Source: Nitrospirota bacterium (GTDB lineage: Bacteria > Nitrospirota > Nitrospiria > Nitrospirales > Nitrospiraceae). Taken from it: a DNA stretch of 64,000 nt. Below the pieces are notes generated by a model. That model was not told the origin of the DNA and made no database searches. It saw only the letters and a program-made list of their open reading frames with translations. The translations under genes were made by a program, and so were the position numbers. The stretch spans positions 128,001-192,000 of the forward strand of contig CAVPGK010000013.1 of the NCBI GenBank assembly GCA_963703955.1, in the 5' to 3' direction. Positions 41,301 through 51,496 of the stretch are shown here, in pieces (within the stretch, counting starts at the first letter, position 1; the number at the start of each line of letters is the position of its first letter).

Positions 41301-41546
41301 CAACTCGGTCAGGCCGGGAAGCCCCATGAGTTGGATCTCAATCGGAATCGTGACGAAACGTTCCATTTCAATCGGGGATTGGCCGGGCGCCTGAGCGACG
41401 ACCATGACCTGGATATTCGTCACGTCCGGAAAGGCGTCAATCGGAATCTTGCGATATGCGTGGATGCCCGCCGCCAGCAGGAGGCAGGCAAGCCCGATCA
41501 CCAACACGGGCTGGCGAAGCGAAAACTTGAGTGTCCTTGAGATCAT
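38367..41546 (-). CDS. czcA: CusA/CzcA heavy-metal RND permease with compensating internal frameshifts
   Basis: IDAFPDVTNIQV, ANLMSLGG, RLRPILMTA, GAEVQRPLA; the segment at about 40125-40285 is out of frame. Confidence 0.88.
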   Translation of the reverse strand: MISRTLKFSLRQPVLVIGLACLLLAAGIHAYRKIPIDAFPDVTNIQVMVVAQAPGQSPIEMERFVTIPIEIQLMGLPGLTELRSLSKFGLSQITVVFQDAMDIYFARQLVLERLIEVKNKLRPGIEPVMTPISSGLEEVYQYYLAGPTGLDPIADPTADQRRLMDMRTIQDWVIRPLLKGIPGVIEVNSLGGFVKQYQVVVDPARLRKYDLALHDVFEAVAKNNLNTGGNILERYTEQYIVRGIGLIQTVTDIENIVVKERGGTPVFVRDLAEVRIGHAVRHGAALVNGHEAVAGIVLMLRGANAREVVQAVKEKVADIHRQQLLPDGLRIIPFYDRIELITAALATVNYALLEGVTLLILVSLPFLGNLRGAVIVTCILILTPLATFIVMREVGLTANLMSLGGMAIAIGEIADGSIVVVGERLSFPFNGRASLPDSARNGLTGRQRSGPAHRVQHSDHQCRLSPTPDPAGDGGKMFKPLAATMVIALLISLVLSLTLSPVLCSLILRGGREEDLILMRWLKRLYLPVLRWTLGHRFAVVGVAAVLFLVSLALLPFLGREFVPIMDEGALTPQIIRHPSVSLPHSIELERQAQHAMLQFPETTMVVSKIGRPEIATTPEEPYESDPVVLLRPRETWTTATRKPDLVEAMRRRLAEIPGIAVLMSQPIQERVDELISGFRTEVSIKLSGEDLDVLKSGAEQITDILKTVAGVRDVKMEQLFGQTYLTVTVDRDKIARFGMNVMEVQEIIATAVGGKAATQVYERERRFDLTLRFPASDRSSVKAIGNILVETPTGAHIPLSDLAAIELREGSAHISREGLKRKIAIGFNVSGRDIGSVVAEAQQKIEAQLPLPPGYAIRWSGAFENMQRAMARLQIVVPVTIALIFLLLFSSLHSLRYATLIILNLPFALVGGVWALWLTGEYLSVPASLGFISLFGVAVGNGLVLVTHIHDLRQERLSVDDAVVTGCLRRLRPILMTALTTLLGLLPLAVAQGIGAEVQRPLAIVVLGGTLTSTLLTLVVLPAMFRWFEDRRSGSEPGRRKVSAETEPPCVAVEGILR

Positions 41547-42775
41547 GGGATCAAGGCGGATCGTTGGCGGCTCGCTAACTCGGACTTCAATTCGAAGGCG
41601 CCGGTGGTCACAACCAACTCGCCTTCATGAAGGCCGTCCAGCACTTTGACCATACCGTCGCTTTCGTCGCCGAGGCGTATCGGCCTCCGGACGAACTCCC
41701 GTTCGCCGGTTTGGACAAAGGCCACATGCTCTCCTCCGTCCTGCTGGACGGCTCTCGCGGGAACCAGAAGCGTACCAGGCTCGGGTGATCCCCATACGCG
41801 GACCCGTGCGTACATTTCGGGCTTGAGACGACGGTGAGGATTGGGGACCAACACGCGAAGCCGCAACGTCCTCGTGGCCGGGTCTAGGACGTCGCTCACG
41901 TATGTGATCCGCCCTTGGAACGTTTCGTCGGGATAGGCGGTAAGCCGTACCTCGACATGTTGCTCTCCAGTGATATGGATCACATCCTTCTCAGGCACGT
42001 TCGCGACCACCCACACGTCGGAGAGGTCGGCGAGCACAAAGAGCTTCTCGGTTGTTTCCACGACCTCCCCAAGAGTCAGATTTCGAGCGATCACGCGACC
42101 CGTGAACGGCGCATGGATCGGGACCGTGGAACGAATCGTCTGATCCCGGGCCAGGCGCCGAATGCTCTCCTCCGTCATACCCAGAAGACGCAGCCGATCG
42201 CGCGCTTCCCGAGTCTCGGCCCTGACGCTGAGCAGGTCTCCTTCCCGGCGCTGGTATTCCGCCTGTCCGATGACTTTCTCTTCTAAGAGGTGCCGGGCTC
42301 GAGTGAACGCCTGCTCGGCGACCGACTGTTTCGCGTTTGCTTTTAGGTAAGACGATTGCGCGAAGCCCAGTTCGCTGCTGTAGAGGGTGGCGAGCAGATC
42401 GCCCGCCTTTACGTCCTGCCCGAGGTCCACGCGGATATCCATGGCGCGCCCTCGCACCAGCGTGGTAATGTCGGCGACCCGGTTCGCGTTCGGTTGGACC
42501 GTCGCCGGAAAGTCCAGAAAGGTGCGGAACTCACCACGAGTCACCGGCTGGACCTGGACCCGAGCGCGGTCGCTCTCTTCACCGGACAAGTGAATGACGC
42601 TGGTGGGAGGTGAAGGGCTTGATAATTTGGCGTCGGCAGCCTCATACGGAGCCTTATCACAGGCGGCGAGAAGGAGAGTGAAGGCGCACAGTGCTGCGCT
42701 CAGGGTGCTTGATTGTTGTCTTGTCTGGCCGGATGAGTCGCGAGGGGCAGAAGTTTTAGCGTGAGGGATCCTCAT
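41543..42775 (-). CDS. czcB: RND periplasmic adaptor (CzcB-like)
   Basis: Lipobox-like LAAC, GQDVKAGDLL, LDPATRT, LKPEMY. Confidence 0.88.
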   Translation of the reverse strand: MRIPHAKTSAPRDSSGQTRQQSSTLSAALCAFTLLLAACDKAPYEAADAKLSSPSPPTSVIHLSGEESDRARVQVQPVTRGEFRTFLDFPATVQPNANRVADITTLVRGRAMDIRVDLGQDVKAGDLLATLYSSELGFAQSSYLKANAKQSVAEQAFTRARHLLEEKVIGQAEYQRREGDLLSVRAETREARDRLRLLGMTEESIRRLARDQTIRSTVPIHAPFTGRVIARNLTLGEVVETTEKLFVLADLSDVWVVANVPEKDVIHITGEQHVEVRLTAYPDETFQGRITYVSDVLDPATRTLRLRVLVPNPHRRLKPEMYARVRVWGSPEPGTLLVPARAVQQDGGEHVAFVQTGEREFVRRPIRLGDESDGMVKVLDGLHEGELVVTTGAFELKSELASRQRSALIP

Positions 42776-43198
42776 GATCCTATAGCATCCCTTGCAGGGA
42801 GCCGGTGGATTGACGTATTCAGCCTTCTCTTTCAGCCAGCCGAAGTATCCCACCAACGTACCCCGAGCATATTTGGTGCCCGTAGGACTCTGACACACTA
42901 AGTACGCAAATAGTAATAGTAATAGCTGCCTGATCAAAAAGACAATGCTTTCTGATGGATAGTAACGTATTCCACCTAGACACACAGTGTTATTAGACCC
43001 GATAGCCATCAACATCGACAAGACAAGCGGGGATTGGACACGAGTCCCACCAAGCCCCTCGCGGGTCCAAGATGGTTGAGAGTAATTATGCCCCTCAGGG
43101 TCATCGGTGATCGTAGCAAAATGCCACCGATGGGGAAGTGACTTCTTCGCCTCAGAACAGCCTGGCGGGCTGTCAGCGGAGACACAGAGTGAGTGAGA

Positions 43199-43213
43199 TG
43201 GTATGAAGCTTGC
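43199..43213 (+). promoter_or_regulatory. sigma-54 promoter
   Basis: TGGTATGAAGCTTGC; activator-like CGTAGCAAAATGCCACC at 43112-43128. Confidence 0.65.
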
Positions 43214-43254
43214 TCGCAATAAGAGAATGCGCTGTAGGCTATGCTCGGAAGCAG

Positions 43255-44189
43255 ATGATGATGAACATCCTGTTTGCGGCGGATCAATCACGAGACTCTA
43301 AGGCAGCTTCGCATTTCCTCCGTGGCGTTCGATTCCCGGCCGGTTCCATGCTGTCGATTCTGCACGTCATGGAGGCGTGCCGGATACCGGCTGCTTTTCT
43401 CGGTTCGTCGCCTGACGCCGAACAACAGGTTGCGACGCTACGCCATGAGACTAAGGTGAGAGCCGGCGGACTCCTCCGGAAGATAGCGGAACTATTGCGG
43501 GGGCGAGGCCTGCGTGTTCGATCCTTCGTTGAGGAAGGGCTGCCGGTCCCGGTAATTTTGGAGACGATCGATCGAGACGGCATCGATCTGGCTGTCCTAG
43601 GAACCCGGGGACTCCGGTGTGAAGCGGTTTTTTCTCGGTAGTGTGAGCGATCTGACGTTGAGTTACGCCTCGTGTTCGGTCTTGGTGGTTCGAGGCCGAC
43701 CTCGGTGGGCCGACCCGGGTCGGACTCGCGGAATGCAGGTGGTGTTGGCACTGGACGGGTCTCAGGATGCACTGGGGGCGGCGAAATTCCTGAAGAGACT
43801 CAAGCTGCCCCCATCATCGCTGATCACGCTGGTGTATGTCATGGAGGAGACGGATGATGTGGTGTCACGACTTCTCGTGACGCATCGTCCCGAATCTCCG
43901 ACGCATGGGGAAAGCCTTGGCGCGTTCGAGCAAGCAGCGTGGGGCCGAATTACTGGAGAAGGTTCGGCGTCTGATGAAACCCGCGAAATGGAAGTTGCAA
44001 ACGCTTCTTGCTGAGGGACATCCTGCGGAAGAGATCCTGAAGGCGGCCAAACGGCTCCGTGCGGACTTGGTCGTGATGGGTTCCAGGGGGCTGACCGGGA
44101 TGGAGAAAATCCTGCTTGGGAGCGTCTCTGCTAAAGTGACGCGCCATGCAGCGTGTTCGGTTCTCGTGGTCGGGACGAAAGGCGCCTGA
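43255..44189 (+). pseudogene. Tandem USP with two frameshifts
   Basis: USP motifs are split over three consecutive frames (breaks near 43617 and 43905). Confidence 0.8.
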
Positions 44190-44206
44190 CAGGGTATCCC
44201 GGGGAG

Positions 44207-45216
44207 ATGATGGCCTGGGTCACATTCTTGGCGAGCGCGGTCGTGATCGTCTACGCCGGAACGAAGTTGTCCCAATACGGTGACCGGATCGCCGAGCAAA
44301 CCGGGCTGGGGGGATTATCGATCGGTGTCGTTCTGATGGCCTCCGTCACCTCGTTGCCGGAAGTTCTGACAACGATCAGCGCCGGATTGCTCGATGCGCC
44401 CGATCTGGCCGTGGGAGATCTCCTGGGCGCGGGTCTCACCAATATGCTTACGCTCGGCTTCATTGATCTGGTCCATCGGCAGAAACGAGTCTGGCAACCA
44501 CGGCGCTCGAACAGACGCTGGTCGCAGGTCTGGCCACCGGGCTCACCGGCCTCGCCGCCCTGTTTCTCTTGATCAGGGCCTCGCCGAGTCTGTGGGGGAT
44601 CGGCTTCGATACGGTTCTCATTGCGGTAACGTATGTGCTGGGGATGCGGGTCGTGTACCGTCAGGAAGATATGCGTCGCCGTCGAGAAGGAACGCGAGAG
44701 AGTGGTGGAAGCGGAACACGATGAACGAAAGACTCCATCCGGTCTGAGGCGCAGCGTGATCGGCTTTACTATGGCGGCGCTTGCCGTCATGGCGGCTGCT
44801 ACGTTGCTGGCTGCGTCGGCTCGGGAGATTGCGGTGGCGAGCGGGATCAGCACAACCTTCATCGGTACGTCTTTGGTGGCGGTCACTACTTCTTTGCCCG
44901 AACTGGTCACCGCGCTGGCGGCCGTGCGCCTGGGTGCGTTTGACTTGGCGGTGGGCGACTCTGTTGCGGCAGCAATGCCTTCAATATGGCTGCGCTCGTG
45001 TTTGCGGATGCCGCCTATCGCCGTGGGCCGCTCTTGAGCGCGGTGACCGGTGCGCATACCGTCACGGCACTGGTGAGTATCCTCCTCATGACCGTGGGAC
45101 TGATGGGGATTATCTATCGTGCGGAAAAACGGTTCCTGCTGATCGAGCCCGACAGCCTCCTGTTAATCATCGGCTATGGCCTGGGAATGTGGTTGGTGTT
45201 TCGTGTCGCGGCGTGA
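44207..45216 (+). pseudogene. Sodium:calcium antiporter (CaCA family), frameshifted
   Basis: Two alpha repeats, TSLPEV and TSLPEL, in different frames. Confidence 0.8.
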
Positions 45217-45219
45217 CCC

Positions 45220-47943
45220 ATGATGAAGGTGACGGATATCAAAGAACAGTCGCCGCTCTGGCATACGCTGTCGCATGAGGCGCTGAGCGCGGAACTTCGA
45301 ACCGACCCGACCTCCGGGCTGACAGACGAAGAGGCCCGTCGTCGTCTTGCGGCTCACGGCTCGAATGAACTACCGGCTGCCGCGCCCATCTCGCCGCTCG
45401 CTTTGTTGCTGCGACAGTTCTCCAGCTTGATTATTTGGGTGTTACTCGGAGCGGCAATCATCTCTGGGCTGCTGCAGGAGTGGGTCGATGCGGCGGCGAT
45501 TGTGGCCATCGTGGTGCTCAATGCGCTTCTCGGGTTCGTGCAGGAATACAAAGCCGAGCGATCGCTGGCTGCGCTCAAGAAATTGTCGGTGGCCTGTGCC
45601 CGCGTGGTGAGAGAGGGGACGAGCCGGGCGATCCCAGCGCGTGATCTGGTGCCCGGCGATCTCATTCAAGTCGAAGCCGGTGACAACATTCCCGCCGACG
45701 CCCGCCTCGTCTATGCCTCGGCCCTGCGGACGCATGAAGCGGCGCTGACCGGTGAATCGATCCCAATCGACAAAGTATCTGACGTCATCCCGAGCAAGAG
45801 CGTGCCGGTGGCGGATCGGCGCAATATGGTCTTTCTGGGAACGGACGCGACGGCCGGGAAAGGCCGGGCGGTCGTTGTGGCAACCGGCGCCCACACGGAG
45901 CTGGGGCGCATCGCTTCCCTCATCCAAGAGGCAGAGGTAGAGTCTACGCCCTTGCAACGACGACTCGACCAACTCGGCCATGTCCTCTTGTACTTCTCCC
46001 TGGGTATCGTCACCGTCGTCTTCCTATTGGGCCTGCTGCGCGGCGAGCCGCCGGTCAACATGTTCCTTACCGCCGTGAGTCTGGCCGTGGCCGCCATTCC
46101 CGAGGGCTTGCCGGCCATCGTCACCATCGCCCTTGCATTGGGGGTCACGAGGATGGTCAAACGCCATGCCCTCATCCGCCGCCTGCCGGCTGTGGAAACG
46201 CTCGGCTCCACGACGGTGATTTGCACGGACAAGACGGGCACGCTGACCAAGAACGAGATGACCGTCACGGCGCTTTATCATGACGGACACCGCTACCAGG
46301 TGACCGGAGAAGGCTATGCACCGGAGGGGACGATCCTGGAATCGGGCAGCGCGGTTCCTGCCGACCGCATCGGCCTTCAGGCGCTCCTGAGGGCCGGCGT
46401 CCTCTGCAACGGCGCCGACCTCAGACAGCAGGAGGGCGCGTGGAGCATTGTCGGCGATCCGACCGAAGGGGCGCTCTTGGTCGTGGCAGCCAAAAGACAG
46501 ATACGCAAGGAACACCTGGAGGCGGAACAACCGGTGCTAGGGGAGGTGCCATTCGATCCGGAGCGCAAGATGATGACGGTCGTCCGAAGGTCACGCGAAG
46601 GCCTGATCGCCTACGTCAAGGGGGCACCGGATGTGCTGCTCAGACGCTGCACGTCGTATCTCACCATCGACGGACAGGTGCAAGGATTGCGCGAGGATGA
46701 CCGCCTTTGCATTCTTGCCGCGAACGACGACTTTACTCGCGAGGCCCTCAGAGGACTCGCAATCGCCATGCGGCCCTTGAAGGAACCGCCGGACACATTC
46801 TGTTCAGAGGAACTCGAACGCGACCTGATATTTCTCGGCCTGGCGGCCATGCAGGATCCATTGCGGCCGGAGGCCAAGCAGGCGGCTCAGGCCTGCCGAG
46901 AGGCGGGCATTCGCACCGTGATGATCACAGGTGATCACAAGAACACCGCCATCGCCGTTGCGAGAGAGTTGGGGATTCTGAACGGACACGAAGCGGTGAC
47001 CGGGATAGAGTTGGACCGATTCAGCGACACTACCCTGGCCGAGCGAATCGAGCGGATCGCGGTGTATGCGCGCGTCTCCGCCGAGCATAAGCTACGCATC
47101 GTCCGAGGGTGGAAGGCGCGTGGCGCCGTGGTGGCCATGACGGGTGATGGGGTCAATGACGCTCCCGCGATCAAAGAGGCGGATATCGGAATCGCCATGG
47201 GACTGACCGGCACGGATGTGACCAAGGAAGCGTCCGACATGGTCGTGACCGACGACAACTTCGCCTCCATTGCCGCAGCGGTCGAAGAAGGCCGCGGTGT
47301 CTATGAGAACATTCGCAAGGCGGTGCACTACCTTCTGTCGTGCAACGTCAGTGAAATTCTGCTCATGTTGTTGACAAGCCTCCTGGCGCTTCCTCTGCCG
47401 CTTCTGCCTGTCCAGATTCTGTGGATCAATCTCGTCACCGATGGCCTTCCGGCGTTGGCGCTCGCGGCGGATCCGAACGCGCCTGACCTCATGCGGCGGG
47501 CTCCGCGCTCGTCGCAACAACGGTTCCTGACCGCTCACCGAATGCGGGTGATCTTCGCGCAGGGGTTCTTTCTTGCAGTGATTCCGTTCGTGATCTTTGT
47601 GTACGCGCTGTATGGTCCCGGTCATAGCCTGGAACAGGCGCGAACCTCGACGTTCACCCTCCTGGTGTTGGTGCAACTCTTCCACGCCTTTAATTGTCGG
47701 AGCGACCGGCATTCACTTTTCACCGTGGGGATCCGGACGAATATGCCACTCGTATGGGCGGTGACCGGCTCTCTGGTTCTCCAAGCGGGAATTGCCTTCC
47801 TGCCATGGGCACGGGAAATCTTTGATACGGCCCCGCTCGACATGGAGCAATGGGTAGGCTTACTCCTGATCGGGACCTTGCCGCTATTCGCGATGGAAGC
47901 CTACAAAACCATGAAGCGCCCGCGTGGATCGCCTTGCCCATAA
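45220..47943 (+). CDS. Cation-transporting P-type ATPase (P2A-like)
   Basis: LTGES, IPEGLP, DKTGTLT, MTGDGVND, WINLVTDG. Confidence 0.95.
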   Translation: MMKVTDIKEQSPLWHTLSHEALSAELRTDPTSGLTDEEARRRLAAHGSNELPAAAPISPLALLLRQFSSLIIWVLLGAAIISGLLQEWVDAAAIVAIVVLNALLGFVQEYKAERSLAALKKLSVACARVVREGTSRAIPARDLVPGDLIQVEAGDNIPADARLVYASALRTHEAALTGESIPIDKVSDVIPSKSVPVADRRNMVFLGTDATAGKGRAVVVATGAHTELGRIASLIQEAEVESTPLQRRLDQLGHVLLYFSLGIVTVVFLLGLLRGEPPVNMFLTAVSLAVAAIPEGLPAIVTIALALGVTRMVKRHALIRRLPAVETLGSTTVICTDKTGTLTKNEMTVTALYHDGHRYQVTGEGYAPEGTILESGSAVPADRIGLQALLRAGVLCNGADLRQQEGAWSIVGDPTEGALLVVAAKRQIRKEHLEAEQPVLGEVPFDPERKMMTVVRRSREGLIAYVKGAPDVLLRRCTSYLTIDGQVQGLREDDRLCILAANDDFTREALRGLAIAMRPLKEPPDTFCSEELERDLIFLGLAAMQDPLRPEAKQAAQACREAGIRTVMITGDHKNTAIAVARELGILNGHEAVTGIELDRFSDTTLAERIERIAVYARVSAEHKLRIVRGWKARGAVVAMTGDGVNDAPAIKEADIGIAMGLTGTDVTKEASDMVVTDDNFASIAAAVEEGRGVYENIRKAVHYLLSCNVSEILLMLLTSLLALPLPLLPVQILWINLVTDGLPALALAADPNAPDLMRRAPRSSQQRFLTAHRMRVIFAQGFFLAVIPFVIFVYALYGPGHSLEQARTSTFTLLVLVQLFHAFNCRSDRHSLFTVGIRTNMPLVWAVTGSLVLQAGIAFLPWAREIFDTAPLDMEQWVGLLLIGTLPLFAMEAYKTMKRPRGSPCP

Positions 47944-47962
47944 TCACGAGCAGCCGACGTCT

Positions 47963-47992
47963 CCCCGGCGTCGTATCTCTTTGACGCCGGGG
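47963..47992. terminator. GC-rich hairpin after the ATPase gene
   Basis: CCCCGGCGTC-N10-GACGCCGGGG; no U-tract. Confidence 0.45.
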
Positions 47993-48361
47993 GCACCGAC
48001 GAATGGAAATAGTTTAAGGAGGTCAGGACTATTCTAGGCGGCGTTCTACGGGGTACATGTAGTACTTTGCCGCCACACGCTCCGGTGGTGTCATCGAAAT
48101 CATTGACGACGAGGGACGTTGAGGTGGTGTTGTGGGCGCTTTGGCCGAATGCGAGTCAGCCCACTCTTACAGCTGAATTGGGGAGTGGTTGGATTCAGAA
48201 TACCTCCGGCGTGAACGATTCCTAATTTATGGCCATCGAGAAGCATTTATCAGGTCCAAGGCCATCAAGCCTGCAACGATTGAGGGATACCGCTGCAGTC
48301 ACTGCGGCAAAATCTAAGTGGTCCCGCTTTCCAAAGCTACTCCCGCTCTCCGCGCCTTCCG

Positions 48362-49317
48362 CTATTCAAGCGGGATGCGTGTCTTGTTGTGGGCGAGCCA
48401 CGTGTCGAAGGTCTGCAGCGCGGGGTTGAGGGACGCGGGCGACGCCGAGGTTGCGCGCGCCGCAGAAGACCTCCTCGAAGTCGCGCTTGAACTGGAACAT
48501 GTTGCCGAGATCCTCGGCGCCCGGGAAACCGAAGCTCGCGGTACACCTCCGGCGACACGTCGTTGTAGCGCACCTCCTGACCCAGCGCCTTGCGTGAGCG
48601 CGGCGGCCATCTGCGCGCCGGTCAGGTGCTCGCCGGCGATGCCGACGGTCTTGCCGATGAACTCGCGGCCCTTCTTGAAGATGCCGTAGGCGCACTTGCC
48701 GATGTCCTCGGCGGCGATGCCCGGAAGCTTCTTGTCGCCCATCGGGCAGCGTGATCGCCAGCTTGCCGTCCGGACCTTTCTTGGGACCCATGCCGAAGTA
48801 GATCAGGTTGTCCCAGTAGAACGACGTCAGCAGAAACGTCGTCGGCACGCCGAGCTCGGTGAACAGCTGGTCGGCTTCGCCCTTGGCGTCGAAGTGCGGC
48901 ACCTTGTACTTGCCCATCAGGGTGGGCATGCGGTTGTCGCTGAGCGGCACCCACTTGCGCGTGTCTTCGAGCGTGGACCAGATGACGTGCTGGAGGCCGG
49001 CGTGCTTCGCCGCCTGGGCCATGTTCTTCGCCTGGGCCAATTCCTTCTCGGGCGAGAAGTGCGCCCAGAAGAAGGTGACGCAGAACGCCCCGTACGCGCC
49101 TTCGAACGCCCGCTTCAGGCTCTCGACGTCGTCGACATCGGCGGCGACGACCTCGGCGCCCAGCCTGGCCAGCTCTTTCGCCTTGTCGGAGTTGACGTCT
49201 GCGCGTCAGCGCCCGCGCGGCGAAATCGCCGCCCTTGTCGTTCAGGATGGCGCGGACCAAGCCGCCGCCCTGCGCGCCGGTTGCGCCCACCACCGCGATG
49301 ATCTTTTTCTCCGACAT
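48362..49317 (-). pseudogene. NmrA/HSCARG-family protein with several frameshifts
   Basis: VVGATGAQGG, VPHFDAK and EDIGK motifs in successive frames. Confidence 0.85.
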
Positions 49318-49555
49318 GGTGGTTTCCTTTCTCAAGTTGAGAAGGCAACGTGTACACCTAACTTACTACTCGTTCAAGGCCACGCCGCCGTGTTGGGTCA
49401 AAATTCCCGAAGGTATGCGATCGTATCGTCAGCGGCGCGCGTTCGACCACATCCAACTCGGTCAGCAGCTCCACGTCTCCTTTTAAATCTGAGCACAGCA
49501 GGCTCTCTGGTCATGTTCTTCATGGCAGCTCCAACAGTCCTTCCTCACGGATCCC

Positions 49556-50135
49556 TCACATCACCACACCGCCACTCGCGTGGATGTTCTGACCCGTGAG
49601 CCAGCGTGCTCGATCGCTCACGATGAACGCGACCACGTCCGCGATGTCCTGTGGAGTTCCCAGTCGCTTGAGCGGGGACATCTGCGCGCCCGTCTCGCGA
49701 AACGCATCGGGGATCATCGCCGTTTCCGTGAATCCTGGCGACACGGTGTTGACCGTGACCCCTTTAGGTGCTAGTTCGTGCGCCAGCCCTCTGGTGAACT
49801 GCTCGAGCGCGCCTTTGGTTCCCAGATAAGCCGTCACACCAGCGAAGCCCATGTGGGTTCCGTCCGACGAAATGTTCACGATCCGGCCTCCGTCCTCGAT
49901 CACCTTCGCGGCCTCCTGCATCGCGAAATACGGGCCCTTGGCGTTCAAGGCAAAGATCTGGTCGAATTCTTGTTCGGACGTTTCGACCAATGGCTTAAAG
50001 GTGGCCATCCCGGCATTGTTCACCAAAATGTCCAGCCTCCTCAGCCGCTGGAATGTTTCTTTGACTAAGCGACGGGCATCAGACACCTTGCTCATGTCCG
50101 CCTGAATTGCCACGGCTTTGCCGCCCTTTGACTCG
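49556..50135 (-). pseudogene. SDR oxidoreductase, 5'-truncated
   Basis: LVNNAG and YxxxK are present; the GxxxGxG motif is missing. Confidence 0.8.
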
Positions 50136-50161
50136 AGGACTAGTCGTCCTGTCTGCGGCAG

Positions 50162-50608
50162 TTATAGGTTAAAGTGCAAACGTCCACTGAGCGTCAGTCC
50201 GTCGCGGATGTTCATGCCCATGAGCACCAGATTCGTTCCTCCGGCCACGAGTTCAAGCCCTTGAACGAGATAGAACCTCGCGTCCAGGAGTCCCTGCGAT
50301 GCCCAAGAGTCAAGAAGGATTGCGCAGGGAATGAGAATAATGAGCCCATTCGCCGCGATGAACGGCATGCGCTTCTTTTTTACATCCACCAGTCGTCCTT
50401 GCCGGGACTTCGATAGAGCGAAGCCTGTGCCTCCGGTAGCAGCTATCGCAGGGACCAGGACCCACAAACCCGGGAAGACAATGAAACTCTTCACTCGAGC
50501 GACGGCATCCAGCGATCCAAGGAACTCGACCATCACGGTCGACGCTAAGAACGTCGCGATTGTCAGCGTCGCCAGTATTCCGACGGATAAGTGAACCTTC
50601 TTTGTCAT
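50162..50608 (-). CDS. Hypothetical four-TM membrane protein
   Basis: Hydrophobic helices; KKKRMPFIAANG. Confidence 0.75.
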   Translation of the reverse strand: MTKKVHLSVGILATLTIATFLASTVMVEFLGSLDAVARVKSFIVFPGLWVLVPAIAATGGTGFALSKSRQGRLVDVKKKRMPFIAANGLIILIPCAILLDSWASQGLLDARFYLVQGLELVAGGTNLVLMGMNIRDGLTLSGRLHFNL

Positions 50609-50856
50609 CGATCCCTTATCACTGTTTCCGGGTAGCTGATCTCCATCGTCTTCATGTTTTTGCTGGGCTTGCCGTTGCCATACAGTTCAAGAGACCTCGA
50701 TCAATTTCGCTGCTCCGTGCGCAGAGGACCGGCCACACCGTGTGATAACCATCGGGGATGGGCGTCTTCCTCTAGCGCTGTCTTCATGCCTCTTGTTGCC
50801 ATTCAGAATCTCCAGACCGTCGTGCTCTCCCAGGGAACTCTGTCATTCCGGAACCC

Positions 50857-51096
50857 TCAAGATCGCTCCGCCGCAGAGTCGACAACCGCGATCGCCTCGA
50901 TCTCAATCATCGCATCCGGAGAATAGAGCGAACGGACTTCGACGATGGTGTCAGCCGGATAAGGGGGAGTGAACCACTGCCCGCGCAATTCAACGATCTG
51001 GTCAAAGTAACCCAGTAGGTCTCCAACTCGATATCCTTGGGCAAGACGGAACGGCTCGTATGGGTCGGGGTAGATTCCGATACGCTCGATTTTCAC
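50857..51096 (-). pseudogene. RidA-family protein with an internal deletion
   Basis: PDPYEPF..GYRVGDLL joined directly to ..PYPADTIVEV..MIEIEAIA. Confidence 0.7.
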
Positions 51097-51496
51097 GCTG
51101 CCGACTCCTTGCCAATGCCTATAGGATCTACGAATATTCAGTTCACAAGTAGCCGCCGTGTTCACCTGGTATCGAAAACGCCGTGAGCGCGACGATCCAC
51201 CCTATAAGAGTGAGCGCCGCACGGATATAGTTCAGTGTGTCCACTGCGACACCATTCTTTCAGCGACCGATTCAGGACGAGTTTCTGCCCGCATCAACGT
51301 AAGCGCCGTTGGAATAAAGTAAGACATGGCCATGATCCGCTCTACGGCGTAAAGAGGGACACAAGCCCGTTAATGTCCACAGCGCGGAATGCTTTTTGCC
51401 ATATGCTTTCCGAGGGGCCAAATCTGGATTCCCTCAATCGCGTTGTTCTCTCGCTTGCCGTAGTTTCTTCCTCTGTTCGGACCCACCACTATGCGG

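Noticed and set aside
42776..43291. N-terminal extension of the 582-aa adaptor ORF
   Set aside because: Does not look like protein, and it overlaps the divergent promoter; the start is more likely at 42775.
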